Shown here one piece after another: positions 39,667 through 53,292 of a DNA stretch of 64,000 nt. The position numbers and the translations under genes are program-made. The notes below the pieces were generated by a model. That model had not been told where the DNA came from. It searched no databases and worked only from the letters and a program-made list of their open reading frames with translations. Position 1 is the first letter of the stretch. Every line of letters begins with the position of its first letter. The stretch is from the NCBI GenBank assembly GCA_964016885.1, contig OZ024743.1, positions 98,084,001-98,148,000 on the forward strand, written 5' to 3'. This stretch comes from Eledone cirrhosa (lineage: Eukaryota).

Positions 39667-40351
39667 AATATATACGTGTTTGTGTACATTTATATAAATG
39701 TGTTTGCGTGTATGTACAAGTAATGAGAGAGATTAGCGAAAGAAATATGATATATTTGTTTTTCCTCCAACACTACTACTACTACCAACAACAACACTAT
39801 CACCTCACTACCACCACCACCAAACAGAACCATCGCCAATACCAACACCATCAATATTATAGCATCACCATCACCATCTTTAGGAACTCCAGGTCCCAAC
39901 ACCAATGACTTCACCAGCAGCAATACTTACCGTTATGAACATCAGATAATTTGTCAGCCTTAATGATTAGCAGGATTTTTCTCATTTTGGGTAATAGCCA
40001 AGAGGCGTCCTTTAATTAGACGTAATCTGTGTGATAAAAGACAGAATGTTTAAAAACTCAACAGAGATTCCTGATAAATAGTAACATGTCTTGAGGGTTA
40101 AGGTCGACTTTACTGAGATATCACATTTACAACTTGTATTTTTTTTTTCATATTCTGGTCGAACAAGATGGAGAAATCCCTGATTCTCTTTTCGTTCTTT
40201 TCTTTTACTCACAGGGCCAATCTCAGGTTAATTAAGGCCTGCTGGGCAAATAACGAGCTATTGCAAATAATGCGATACAATCAAATCCAAAGACCCAGTT
40301 TTCAGTATTACAACAAAGTGAATAATAATAATAATAATAATGATGATGATA

Positions 40352-40839
40352 ATCTGAGAAGTGGTATGAGCATAAGCCAGAGTCGGTGATGGAAAACGAT
40401 CAAGTGAAGGTGCCGTGGGATTTTAGGATACAGACGGACAAGAAACTGGAACACAATAGACCTGACCTGGTGGTTTTGGACAAGAAAAAAAGATCGTGCC
40501 TGATTGTGGATGTAGCCTGCCCATTCGACACGAGAGTGCAAGAGAAGGAGAGGGAGAAAATTAACCGATACCAGGACTTAAAGTGGGAGGTAAAAAGGAT
40601 TTGGAACTGCCATGAGGTCAAAGTGGTCCCGATTGTCATAGGCGCTCTAAGAGTTTCCAAGGATGGTTAAAGAAAATTGGTCCCGCCCTGCTTTTTGGAA
40701 AACTTCAAAAGGCATGCTTGCTGGGAACAGCAAGAACCCTCCGATACGTCCTGGATATATGAGGCTGCAGGTAGTGGCTTGATATTCATTTCAACAAACT
40801 TTCCAGTTAAATAACATCAATGACTGAGACTCGAAGAAC

Positions 40840-40903
<64 letters not shown>

Positions 40904-40993
40904 GGCACACTAGATACTATCTCAAAGAGTTTCCAAGGATGGTTAAAGAAAATTAGTCCAGCCCCGCTTTTTGGAACACTTCAAAAGGCATGC
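40352..40993 (+). mobile_element. R4/Dong 3' fragments (40352-40840 and 40901-40993) in (AAT)n
   Basis: Near-identical to 12325-12826; AAT repeats on both sides. Confidence 0.9.
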
Positions 40994-41878
40994 TTTCATT
41001 TATTAGCCACAAGGGCCGACATGTAGGGGACAATACAAAGACAGAGACAGTGGGGTTTACAATAAGGTCGAGTAAAAGTGCACAATGGCAAGACTAATTT
41101 AACAATGAAGATATAAAAATATAAAATAAACTATGCATAAATATAACAAAATAAATTCCCCTATAGGGTGTGGACGACCAAGGGGTGACTCAGGTACCCC
41201 ACCAATCCTGAACCACCCTACGCTTCTAGGGCACCCAGGGAGAGCACCCCTCTCAAGTTAGCTAGCCTATAGGCGCATGGTCAGAGTAGACCCATTCACA
41301 CGGGCCATTCTCGCCACATTCATCCACCTTTTAGCAAATGTACTGGGGAGCAGCACTTCTCTCTCCACCCTCACCTTCCTTTCCAGGTGAAACTTGAAGA
41401 AGTTGATGAGGGATTGGCCGAAGAGAAAAGTGTCTGTCTTCGGTCCTTTTAATCTGGTCCACCATATAACCTCTTTCGCAACGGCCACCAGACAGAGGAA
41501 AATTGCCTGCTCTTCCTGACCTAAGGAAGGCGGTGGGTTGATCTTCACTATGGACTCGGCCAATAGCCGGATCCGTTCCACATGCGACAGTAGCTGTTCG
41601 ACATAACTCCACAAGTCAGTAATGCACGGACATTGGACAAGTGCGTGCAGAACGGTTTCGTCGCTCTGTGCGCATCTTGGACAGGTCCGTCTGACAGCAC
41701 TTCCGTGCCTGTAGAGTTTATCCCGAACCGGCAGTGCCCCCCAGTAGCACTGCCAAGCGAGAGATTTCTGGAAATTGTCCATCGTCCCCGGCTCGAAAGT
41801 CCTCCGGTACAGACTGGTTAGTTCGACTTCGTCGAGTCCCAAAGCTTCTCCGAGAGCGTCATCGCACTTGCCCACCAC
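40991..41878 (-). mobile_element. Tx1/L1-like LINE, third 5'-truncated copy
   Basis: ORF 41267-41878 is homologous to 13480-14111; 3' end GCCCTTGTGGCTAATAAATGAAAGCAT. Confidence 0.88.
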
Positions 41879-42298
41879 TTTCTTCCTCTCTCTTTCTCCC
41901 TCTCACTTTCACCCCCTCATCTGACCGTTTAGAAATTCTCTTCTCACTTACAACTGCGGCCATCAGACGTGTCTCTCCTTTCTCTCGATTACTCGGTCTT
42001 GAACTTCAGTTCTTTTATCAAGTGGTCTTGGATGTCCTACCTATGGTTGCTCGCACATTGCTCGGTTTGTGTTGTTTTTCGCTGTTTTGTTACTGTTTCT
42101 CTTTTCTTCCCGTTTGCTTTCCTTCCCTCCTTCCTTCGTTTTCCCAATAACTTATCCAGTTATTGACGCCCTGGGGTGAAGTTGTATCTTGTCTTTAAAG
42201 CGTAGAAATATCCTAGACCCCCGAAAGAAGTGTGGTAAGGAACCAGGTGGACCAAAATGCACCAGAGTACTCGATACTTTTGGTAGTAAAGTGGGTAA

Positions 42299-42413
42299 TA
42301 GGAAAAGAGTCAGGACCCCGACGGCAGAGCTCAAGCCGTTTTCAACAGCTATTTCTGGACCAAAAATACGAAACGGCTTGAGCTCTGCCGTTGGGGTCTT
42401 GGCCTTTTTCCTA
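42299..42413. repeat. Hairpin with 43-bp arms
   Basis: GACCCCGACGGCAGAGCTCAAGCCGTTT / AAACGGCTTGAGCTCTGCCGTTGGGGTC. Confidence 0.85.
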
Positions 42414-42440
42414 TGTATATATATCTATATGTATATATTT

Positions 42441-42668
42441 ACAAGACACCGAACGAAAATAAGGCAAAACGAAAATCAATTATTCTATTTAAATAAAAAT
42501 ACAAACGACACAGAACTCCAGGATCATCGGCCGCTGAGATGGACTTTGTCAGATTCGAACCTTAACCCCCGGGTCACAACATCTGACACAAGCCAAAACG
42601 CTCTCCGGTGTTGGTTTCCCTTAAATAATTGTCTCTTGTTTTGCCTTGTTTTCGATCGTTGTCTTGTC
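42441..42668. repeat. Imperfect inverted repeat (44-bp arms) around a hammerhead-like relic
   Basis: 42441-42484 vs 42624-42668; internal TGTCAGAT/ATCTGACA stem preceded by CTGAGA. Confidence 0.6.
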
Positions 42669-42845
42669 CTCTGTTAATTTTCCTAAGTTTAATAATTTGT
42701 GACAAACGAGTTATATCCCCCCCCCCACTTAATTTCAGTAGCTTATGTATATATATAAATACTTAGATATATAGATATATAGATATATATATAAATACGT
42801 TATTCCGGGTTGAATCGGAGGTAACCACAGTAAGTAAGGTACTCA

Positions 42846-42955
<110 letters not shown>

Positions 42956-42966
42956 GTATATATATA

Positions 42967-43050
<84 letters not shown>

Positions 43051-43262
43051 TATATATACGCCAAGCTTCTGCATTGTTTCAGTTTATCTAATTCAACTTG
43101 AGGTCAAACTGAAGTTATGGTTGAAGATCCGTACTTGTCCAAAAACCCAAACCTATGCGGTTACAAAGAGAATTTCTGAATGATAGAGCAGGGCCTACGT
43201 TTGGATGATGATTGTCTTATCATTATCATTGCTTTCATTTTGTTTTGAGACGGAGAGGTTTT

Positions 43263-43648
43263 ACTGCTATAGATATATCATACCATATAGTTTCACTGCT
43301 ATAGATATCTCATACCATTTAGTTTCACTGCTATAGATATCTCATACCATTTACCACTATAGATATATCATACCAGTTAGTTTCAATATTATAGATATAT
43401 CATACCCTTTAGCTTCAATAGTATAGATATATCATACCCTTTAGCTTCAATATTATAGATATATCATACCCTTTAGCTTCAATATTATAGATATATCATA
43501 CCCTTTAGTTTCACTACTAAAGATATATCATACCAGTTATTTTCAATGTTATAGATTATCATACCAGTTAGTTTCACTGCTATAGATATATCATACCAGT
43601 TATTTTCAATGTTATAGATTACCATACCAGTTAGTTTCAATGTTATAG
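43263..43648. repeat. ~30-bp minisatellite (TATAGATATATCATACCAGTTAGTTTCA..)
   Basis: About 13 imperfect units. Confidence 0.9.
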
Positions 43649-43739
43649 TCTGGATTTTCCTAGAATTTCCCATATAATACTATCATCTAATGCTTTGTTT
43701 TGCTTTTGTTTTTAATTTGCAGATGTAGTCAACCAATGG

Positions 43740-44200
43740 GGTAATGTTCAAAACTGAATTAATGATTGCAACATCTAAGTTCTAACTGTCCTTCTGTCAT
43801 GTAATCTAACGTGTATGTGTTGCCAGTAAGTTGGCTTCTATGGAGGTGATATTTACCTCATAAATTATTGTTTCTCTGTTGCAGGATTTATCTAGTGAGC
43901 ATGCATTTTGGTTCCTGCATGAACTTGTGCCTTCGGTTTTGTTGGTGGGTGTGTGCAATATTATGTTTGTGTTTCATGTTCGTAGTGCAACTATAAATAA
44001 TGTTTATATTGTGCCTTTTAAAAGATTTAGTATATTTGTGGTGAAGAGGAGAGCTTTTACCTATTATTGTTAGGGTGTATTTTGCTGCTTTATATTTTAC
44101 ATTGGGTGAAAAGGGAGGATGACCCACGTGATCCTATAATGCTTCTTTTTCAATTGTGGTTGTGATGTGAAGTGCTTGAATAATTTCTTCTTTGAACCCA
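43740..44200 (-). pseudogene. Degenerate Naiad-like PLE fragment
   Basis: PPFSPNVK, HHKYTKSFKRHNINIIYSCTTNMK and IIYEV...MTEG motifs. Confidence 0.65.
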
Positions 44201-44399
44201 CACGACAATTATCTCAAATTTATCTCGAATGTATTATTTAAAATCATTTAACATTTTGTCTGTATCTATGATAATAATATGCTCAATGATAATAATTTTG
44301 ATAAATTTAATAATGCTGATAATTATAAATAATATTCATGTTGCCTATTTAAAATATTCCTAAGTATTTTCACCTGGCTTAACTAGTTTCACAACACAT

Positions 44400-47300
44400 T
44401 CAGACCACAATTCCACCACATCCAGACTATTATCATTTTCTAAAGATGGTAAAAGAATATTAGAACCTGAAATAATTAACAGAACCGATCGATCACATTG
44501 ATTGTAGCTCTTTGGAAGCCGAGCGACAAAGTTATTGTCTGTAGAGGTTTTAAAGTCACCATAAATAAACAAACAGATATGATGGTCTATTCCCCATAGT
44601 GGTGGGGTGGGTGTTCCTGAATGATTTAAAAGAGACATATTTACAAATCTAGTTGACAGAAGGAAAAGCATTTCTTGAAATAAATGCGTCTTTCGGTCTT
44701 TAAAAGTACAAATGGATTTCAACATCTTGAAGTCAATGAACTGTTATCTGGAATACAGCATCGTACGGTGTATCTGGACGATATCTTCGTCACCAGGACG
44801 ACTAATGAAAAATATTTAACTAATTTAGAAATAATATTTAATCGGTTAATAGATTATGATTTAAAATTTCATAAAGAAAAATGCATTTGTTTCGCAAAGA
44901 AGTCGATTATCTTGTCTGTAATATTAACGCATCTGACAAGGGATTAGCCGGGAAAATACTGATGTTATTAAAAGCTATCGATTCAAAAAATCAAATGGAA
45001 TATTACCATTGGTTTCGAAAGTCGTATTTTAAGAACAGGGCAAACCATATTTCACCTTTATATATTTTAGCATAAAAGAACGTGCCACTTGAAAGTGCTG
45101 ATGTGTTAAAACGACAAGTGTTTGAGCCCCCAGAACCTGTGCATTGCAATAAAAATATGTGGGAGTAAATGTGTCACAGGGTGGTGTAGGGGTGATTCTG
45201 TTCCTATGGGAACAGCCATTGGCTCACACATCTAGAACACGGATCTTATGTAAACGGTGACTGATATTCACAAATAGATACAGAGGAATAATTTATTATA
45301 TTCCTTCATATATTCAATCGGATTCTAAGCGAATTCGTCTAAAACTCAATTCATCTAACACAATTCATCGAACACAATTCATCGAACACAATTCCTCTAA
45401 TACAATTCCTCAAAGACACAATTCGTCTAAAATCTAATTCATCCAACAATTTATCTAAATTCATTCTTTTTATATTTTTTTATTTTTACTAAACAAAATG
45501 ATAAATATATTTCTCTTAAGCAACACAGGTATTATTATTATTGTTATTATCAAAGATTATAAGTTACAGATATACACAAGTAACAATCCGCTAACTATAT
45601 CTAGGATTGATTAGGACTGCTACACCAGTCAGGGTTAAACGTTTGTTACGGTAATGTGTCCATGCAATTTTACTAATATTCAGTGTTTTGTCTTATGTTG
45701 AATGTTCATTAGTCTGTGCTGTATCCCCAGTTATTTAATTCAGAGAAAATTCACAAACTTTTGATTTATAATAGTTATATATTTTATAAGTATGATCAAA
45801 ATAGTGATAGTATCAATTGGAAGTGCGATAAGTATTATAAAAAGAAGAGCCGAGTTCGCTTAACTACTGTTATTATATTTTACATGCCCCGGAAGTTGTA
45901 GCTGCAAAGACATTAGCACAATTACGGCATCTTGCAAAATCTACAAAAGATACACCTCATTCAATAATATCTAGTGTGCTGGGAAATTGTAACCAGGCTG
46001 TGGCTCAATTTTGTTTTCATTTGAGCAATGAACTGCACGCTCAGTTCGACAACTAAACAGTGCTGGACTAGACTTACTATCGAATTGTAGTGAACTAATT
46101 TTTCCCCATGAATTTACCATAACGTTTAAAAGTGACTAATTTTTTATGCACGATTCTGAAACAATTAAAAAGTGTGTAGTAAAATTTACAAGATGTAATT
46201 TGCAAAGTTTCTCATAAAGTGAGCCTTGGTGTGCCAACTTTACAGCTGTTCCTTTATTATTCTATCAAATATAAACCCTGAATTGACTAAAAGAAAAAAG
46301 CTTCACTGCTGCTCGCGTTTGCATTATTACCCGACAAATAGGAAGAAGCATATGTAATGTTTTTAGAAGAGATAAAGCAATTTGAATCAACATGTACGTC
46401 ATCGCCAATAAAAATTGATTTTGAAAATGTTATGTTCAAAGCATGTCTGAAAGGATTTCCCACTGCCAGAGAGAAAGGATGCTTTTCCCATTTTAAACAA
46501 TGTATTTTTCTAACATTCACAGCAGTGACATGAAAGAACAATACAAGACGTATCCAAATTTTGCTTTGAGTTTACGTATATTACCAGCATTAGCATTTGT
46601 ACCAGTAGACATATAGATAGAGGTATTTCAGTTATTATACAATAGTAACATCATCCCTCCTGAATGTCCTGAATTATTTCGAAGACATGTGGATCGGAGG
46701 ATAAGAGGGAAGACCACCATACATTCCACAAGTAATGTGAAATGTGTACAGTGAAGTTCTTGAGTTGTAAAAAACAAATAACTCAGTCGAAGAGTGGCAC
46801 AAAGGTTTCCAAACTCACGTGGTAGCTCAGCACCCCAATATTTGGAAATTCCTCGATAGTTCGAAAACAATACGCAGAGTTATAAAGATACAATATATAT
46901 CAGGAAGGGAACAAGGAAAATCAACAAAGCGATACTATCTGCTGCTCAGCTCATTAAAACACTTGTCAGAACATTCTCCACTATATTCGTCATATTCCCT
47001 TTAAAACTTTCATTTTAGCCTACAATTGATTTTTACGTATATGTTTATAGAAAATTCGTCATGTAAGCTTTAAATACTTGAATTTATATATAAATTAATT
47101 CTAAAATATAGTAAGATTTTTTGTCTTAGATAAAGTGTATCGACAACTATATATATTATTTTATAGTGAAATAAATTAATATAGATGAATTGTGTTTTAG
47201 ACAAATCGTGTTAGATGAGTTGTGTTAGACAAATTGTGTTAGATGAGTTGTTTTAAACGAATCGTGGTAGACAAATCCGCTGGATTTAATTGATACCTAT

Positions 47301-48060
47301 ATAATTGACAGGTTTAATTAGCCATCCATCACAAGCCTGTAATTCGCGTTCTCACCTGAAAAAATATACCGATTCTTACGCTACAATGGCTTCAATGTTA
47401 GTCGGTCTTATTACGTTATAGAAATATGCAGTACAATGTAAAGTTTCGACATAATAAGAAAGGACTAATGTAAGACCAAGACTGCCCATAAAACCAAATT
47501 AAGGATTTTAATGAAAGTCTTAAAACTCACATTTTATCTGGATTCGAAATACGTTAAATTATTGGTGAAAGTCTGAATGGAATGCCGGTTACCACTAAAG
47601 ACATTTAATTAGCCATGAAATCTAATAACGATATTATACGAATTAAACAATTCGTCGATAATGGCTGACTAGAAAAACTAAATAGTGAAGACAAACATCT
47701 CAGGAATATTGGATGATACGTGATGCAATTAATTATCACAGAAATTTATTAATTTTGCAGTCCAGTTTTCCTAAAGTAATTAAATCCGACAATGGAACTC
47801 AATTTACGTCATCTAAATTTAAACACTTTTGCAATCAAATGGGCATTCAATATTTGACGTAACTGTTTTCCATCCGGCTTCAAACAGTGGAGCAAAGCAC
47901 TTTGTTCATATGTTCAAACACGAAATACGAAAGTTATACCATGAAAATCATTAATTGGTGCAGAGATAATCAGATTTTTAATTCTCATATCGTTCTGCAC
48001 CTTATCCAGCATTAGAGGGGACATCGCCAGTAGAAGTGCTGCTTGACAACGTAAAGCAAA
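44400..48060 (+). mobile_element. Degenerate Gypsy LTR-retrotransposon pol (RT, RNase H, integrase) interrupted by a MULE
   Basis: FKVTINK (~44550), VYLDDIFV (~44770), PLAHTSRT and YSQID (45215-45285), HKPVI (~47330), IKSDNGTQFTS and HPASN (47775-47890). Confidence 0.8.
45319..47279 (+). mobile_element. Mutator-like (MULE, FLYWCH/Phantom-type) DNA transposon, decayed
   Basis: Inverted termini built of ~15-bp ACACAATTCATCTAA repeats (45319-45445 and 47182-47279); FLYWCH-like YIFY..WKC; FALLPDK, DFE....CLKGFP...GCFSHFKQ, TNNSVEEWH, HPNIWKFL. Confidence 0.85.
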
Positions 48061-48249
48061 GGCAGTATTGATATAGCGTCCATCAAAATACTGTGCGGTA
48101 GTTACAACTTTCTACGTTCTGCGTGCAAATCCTGCCGTCATCAATTTTGCCTTTCTTCCTTCCAGAGTTGATAATAAAGTATTAGTTAAGTACTATCGAC
48201 TTCCACCGTCTCCAAAACTTGTGACAATGCTAGAAAGAATTAATATTCT

Positions 48250-48456
48250 TGGTGGATTGGCCAAATCGTTAGAACCTCGGATAGAAGACTTTACAGAATT
48301 CGTTCTGGTACTCAACGCTCTGAGTTCCAATCCGGCCACGGACAACTTTGTATTATATCCTTTAATAAAATAAAGTACCAAGGAAGTACTGAAGTTGGTA
48401 TGATCGACTTTTCCCTCCCCTCAAATTTGCTGGCTTTCTGACTAAATTAAAACCAT
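48250..48456 (+). mobile_element. Diverged SINE
   Basis: GGTGGATTGGCC head, CTGAGTTCCAATCC, AAATAAAGTACC core. Confidence 0.7.
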
Positions 48457-48457
48457 T

Positions 48458-48647
48458 AAAGGCAAAGTTAACCTCGGCGGGATTTGAACTCAAACCGTAA
48501 AGGGCATAGTTACGTCCCTTTACGGTTCGAGTTCAAATCCCGCCGAGGTTAACTTTGCCTTTCATCCTTACGGGGTCGATAAAATAAAGTACCAGTAATG
48601 CACTGGGTAATTGCTGGCCTTGTGCCAAAAGTAGAAACAATTATTAT
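48458..48647 (+). mobile_element. SINE with 5' inverted duplication (47-bp hairpin arms)
   Basis: 48458-48504 is the reverse complement of 48516-48562; the normal SINE 3' part continues to (ATT)n. Confidence 0.85.
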
Positions 48648-48888
48648 TGCTATTTTATGCTCATACTATTTTCAGTCATCATTAGACTGTGGTCATGCTG
48701 GAGCACATCCTTAAAATTTTTTTTGTGTGATCATATTTGTTATGGTCAACTTTGCCTTTCATCCTTTCAAGGTCAACAAATAATGTAATAGTTCAGAACT
48801 AGGGTCGATTCTCTCTCTCTCTCTCTCTCTCTCTTTGCATTCGTTAGCTTGGCCGCAGCCAGAGCTTCTATTTTACTGAACTTCCATT

Positions 48889-48980
<92 letters not shown>

Positions 48981-48984
<4 letters not shown>

Positions 48985-49078
48985 GAACACTGGAAGGTAA
49001 TATCCGTAGTGGTAGAGCACTCAGTCCATGGGCCGAGTTAGGTAGAAGTGGTAACACAACAGTTAGTTCACCATACCG
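48981..49078 (-). mobile_element. Solo 98-bp terminal segment of the Naiad-like PLE
   Basis: Reverse complement of 3951-4048 with few mismatches; abuts (GA)n/(TA)n. Confidence 0.88.
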
Positions 49079-49384
49079 TCGTCACTTGCTATAATATTCC
49101 TACACTTTGAGTTCACAATAGGTTTTGATGTGGCTTCCTCTATTAATGGAGAAGTAGGGCATCAGAACGGAATATGCTCCTTTAAAAGAGATCAGTATAT
49201 TAGTCGCTGAACACTTAAAATTAATCTTTTATTTTCTTTGGGTGGCGGAGACATCTTTTTGTCACTTCTTAAGTTTAGTGTGTATTTTGGCACATTATAC
49301 CCTTTGATGGTTTTCCTTCTTTCTTATCTTTAATATCCTTCTTGCTTAATATTCAACAACTAGAACGTGGGAGTGGGACTTATT

Positions 49385-50111
49385 AGTTGGTCGGATAGAT
49401 TGAAGTAAAGATATAGCTAAGTGTGTTGCCAATCATCACATCACAATAGTAGTAGTAATAAGGCCTATTAATAGATTATCTCCCAACACCGCGGAAGGGG
49501 AGATTTTAATAACTCATGTAAAATAGTTTTTGTCAGTAAAAGATAACAGTAGCATTATCTTTCCACTGCCAACTCAGCAGTCTCTTCTCTAATCCTTCAA
49601 TACATTTTGAGTGTTTGTATTTTACATTTAGTTTACTATTTATTTCGTGTTTTCATTACATTTATTTGAAATGTTAAGATTAAAATAAACGACGATTTCT
49701 ATATCTTATTTCCAAGTGAACAAAAATATTTTTCGACATTTGAAATAGGATTTTTAGGTAGGATAGAATTTCTTCTTTTTGTCCCATTATTGGTTTCCTT
49801 TATTATTTCAGTACCAGCCACTTTATTATAGTGTCCCGTGATTTCAGTTAATGAAATAGAATGCCTGTGCACATATATTTTCCACCAGTAAGCGACCATC
49901 GTCTGCGTTCTGTTCGTTACTATATTGTCTTGTATTATGAATATCTTTTTATCCCGCCAAGGTTAACTTTGCCTTTCATCCTTACGATAAAATAAAGTAC
50001 CAGTCATGTACTGGGTAATTGCTGGCCTTGTGCCAATAGTAGAAACAATTATGAATATCTTTTTATAAGGACACTGTACCTCGTATTTCCAAATTTTAGC
50101 GCTTTCTGTTA
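49385..50111 (-). pseudogene. Possible Ig-domain pseudo-exon disrupted by a SINE
   Basis: After TTTCTCCTGTTTAG acceptor and removal of the SINE, ~99 open codons with C..WW..YFC spacing; a second stop-containing C..WQW..YYC stretch follows in another frame. Confidence 0.3.
49953..50047 (+). mobile_element. 5'-truncated SINE with 19-bp target duplication
   Basis: ATTATGAATATCTTTTTAT at 49934-49952 and 50048-50066. Confidence 0.88.
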
Positions 50112-50834
50112 CTAAACAGGAGAAAGTACCAAAACTTCAAATAAAATTTATAACAATATTTATTGTTGAAATATAAAATTATAAATTGTTAATATATCAA
50201 AATTGTATATTCACGTGTGTTTAAAAAACAATATATACTTTGAGTACAATTATGTATATTTGTTTTCCTTTGTTTAACATTTAGCTTATGTTCGAGAACA
50301 AAGTATAAAATGAAGTTCCAGTGAATAAAGGAAACGGTTAAAGATTTGCCGGGAGGGATTAAAGATGTATATATTTAACAGAAACAACTTAAGTAAAATT
50401 ATGGAATGAGTTTATGACAGGAAAAGATGAAATACAATAATAACTATGAAAATGTTCTTTTTTTAAATTGCATTTCTGGCATACTTCATAAAGTATTTAT
50501 CTATTATATTAAATTTTAAGTCTCGTTATTTTCCAAACTATAATGCAGTGAGTGAAGCCACGAAAAATATTGTATGCGTTCAAAAGAAATATTTGGTCTA
50601 ATTTTCATTCAAGTCAATATTCAAGATCATAAGTAAATAAAAATAGATAAACATATTACTAATTATGATATACTAATATTATAATGTTAACCAAATAGCA
50701 AGATATATCATATTTTATGGTATATCTTACGATGTAATTATAGATAGCAAATGAAGTTTCTATGCAAGTCAGTAATTATGTGTAACAAGTAATATATTCA
50801 ATGATAATAATCCTTTAAAGTAATCCTATATATT

Positions 50835-50892
<58 letters not shown>

Positions 50893-50934
50893 TATATATA
50901 AATATATATTATATATATAATATATATAATATAT

Positions 50935-51007
<73 letters not shown>

Positions 51008-51008
<1 letters not shown>

Positions 51009-51368
51009 TAGAAAGTGAGGTTTTTTTTACAAAATGAAAAATAACCGAGGTGTCCTACACGAGTGAAAGTATAAAGAAAAAAAGATGAAATCGAAAATGC
51101 AACTGGAGTCTTATTTTTTTAAATATATATATTTATTTGGTTCCTTTACCGATTTCGCAGTTCTTCTGCTTTTCAAAAGTAGAGTTGAGATGGAGGGTCT
51201 GTGGTTTTTCTCACATCACAGATGTGAGAAAAACCACAGACCCTCCATCTCAACTCTACTTTTGAAAAGCAGAACTGCGAAATCGGTAAAGGAACCAAAT
51301 AAATATATATATTTTTTTAAAAAATAAGACTCCAGTTGCATTTTCGATTTCATCTTTTTTTCTTTATA
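51008..51368. mobile_element. Fold-back of the Neptune-like PLE terminal repeat (148-bp arms, 3-nt loop, 60-bp tail) in (TA)n
   Basis: 51070-51217 is inverted to 51221-51368; sequence matches 24604-24817. Confidence 0.92.
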
Positions 51369-51523
51369 TATATATATAATATATATATATATATAATATA
51401 TATATATAATATATAATATATATTCAATTTGGATTGCCTCGGAAACATAACCTTATTATGTAACAAGCTGTCTGATGATGTCACGACACTCGCACACAGA
51501 ACAGTGTGGCCAGTGTCGCCATT

Positions 51524-51901
<378 letters not shown>

Positions 51902-52292
51902 AGGCATATAGCTTAGTGGTCAGAGCATTGGCCTTGCAATCGAAAGGTTGTGAGTTCAATTCTCAGACCGGGTGATGTTGCAAGCAGGGAAAAGCGGACG
52001 TAAAATGAGATGATGAGATGATGATGTATATATATGGATGAAGATGTATGTATGTATGTATGTATATATATATATGTATTGTGTGTGTATACCCACACAT
52101 ACACACATACATTGCTGTCGTTTCTTCAGCTGATGGAGACGTGGGGGGGGGGGGTTCTAGAAGCGTTGATGTTCGGAACTAAGTATAAACTTTTAAGGAA
52201 ATATATTTATTCTTTTAAATATAAAAAGTTTTAATAACGAAGATTTTGTCATGTAACATATTTGAAATAAGAACTGTTGCCTCCACACACAA

Positions 52293-52362
<70 letters not shown>

Positions 52363-52396
52363 TTTACATGCATACATACATACATACATACATACA

Positions 52397-52427
<31 letters not shown>

Positions 52428-53292
52428 GTGTGGGTGCGTGTGTGTATAGGTAACAGATTTGTTTTCAAATATGTAATATGTTCATGTGTGTTGTATGTAT
52501 AAGTATATGTATAAGTATATGTATGTATATGTATATATAGCTACTTGAGTGAGGATTTGTATTACAAAGAAATGAACCCTCAACCTATACAGAAGTCAGT
52601 TATATATTTTAATAAACGTTTTTATTTAAATGTTTGGAAACTTGTAGTTTCATAGTTTATGCTGATGATTATATTTTGTGGATGGGACACACAGTTTCTT
52701 ATATATGAAGGGTATGTAACTTGATCAGCACAAACTATGAAACTACTATCTCCTTGAAATCCAATTACCCTAAGCTGTGATCTAGCAGCAGCAGCCGGCA
52801 TCGCCTGGATTTATTAACACCACAATAAAAACACAATCATATGAATTCACTATATTTTAAATGCATCTCTTTAAACAAGATGCTAACAATGGTTCGGGAA
52901 TGTTGATTTACTCAGAATTATTCCAAGCCCTCTAAAATATATATTCAACTTCATAAAAATGCACAAAAGAAATTAGAGAGTCTCTGCTGAAATTTCTCTC
53001 TGACGTGTTTTGTTTTGTTTTGTTTTTTTCTGAGAAAACAGAGGTTGTAAACTAGTACAAAATACTGTGGTAATTAACATAATTATGGTGAATAAATTAT
53101 TTTTCTAATCAGTAGCTTTTTCCAATATTGAATGTGAAGCTTGGGATTTACAACATTTGGTTATGAACAGTGTGATTACTGTAATTGACCTTGATATTTA
53201 GTTCGGTTAATTTGCATAATCGATGTCCTCATAACTCATCGTTTTATTTAAGCTATATTATATGAAGTTATAGTACATTATATTATATTGTA

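Noticed and set aside
43723-43746. 18-nt micro-exon (TTGCAG...GTAATG)
   Set aside because: It abuts or overlaps the antisense PLE relic; no other support.
45335-45445. Iteron or CRISPR-like 15-bp repeats
   Set aside because: They are mirrored at 47182-47279 and form the MULE termini.
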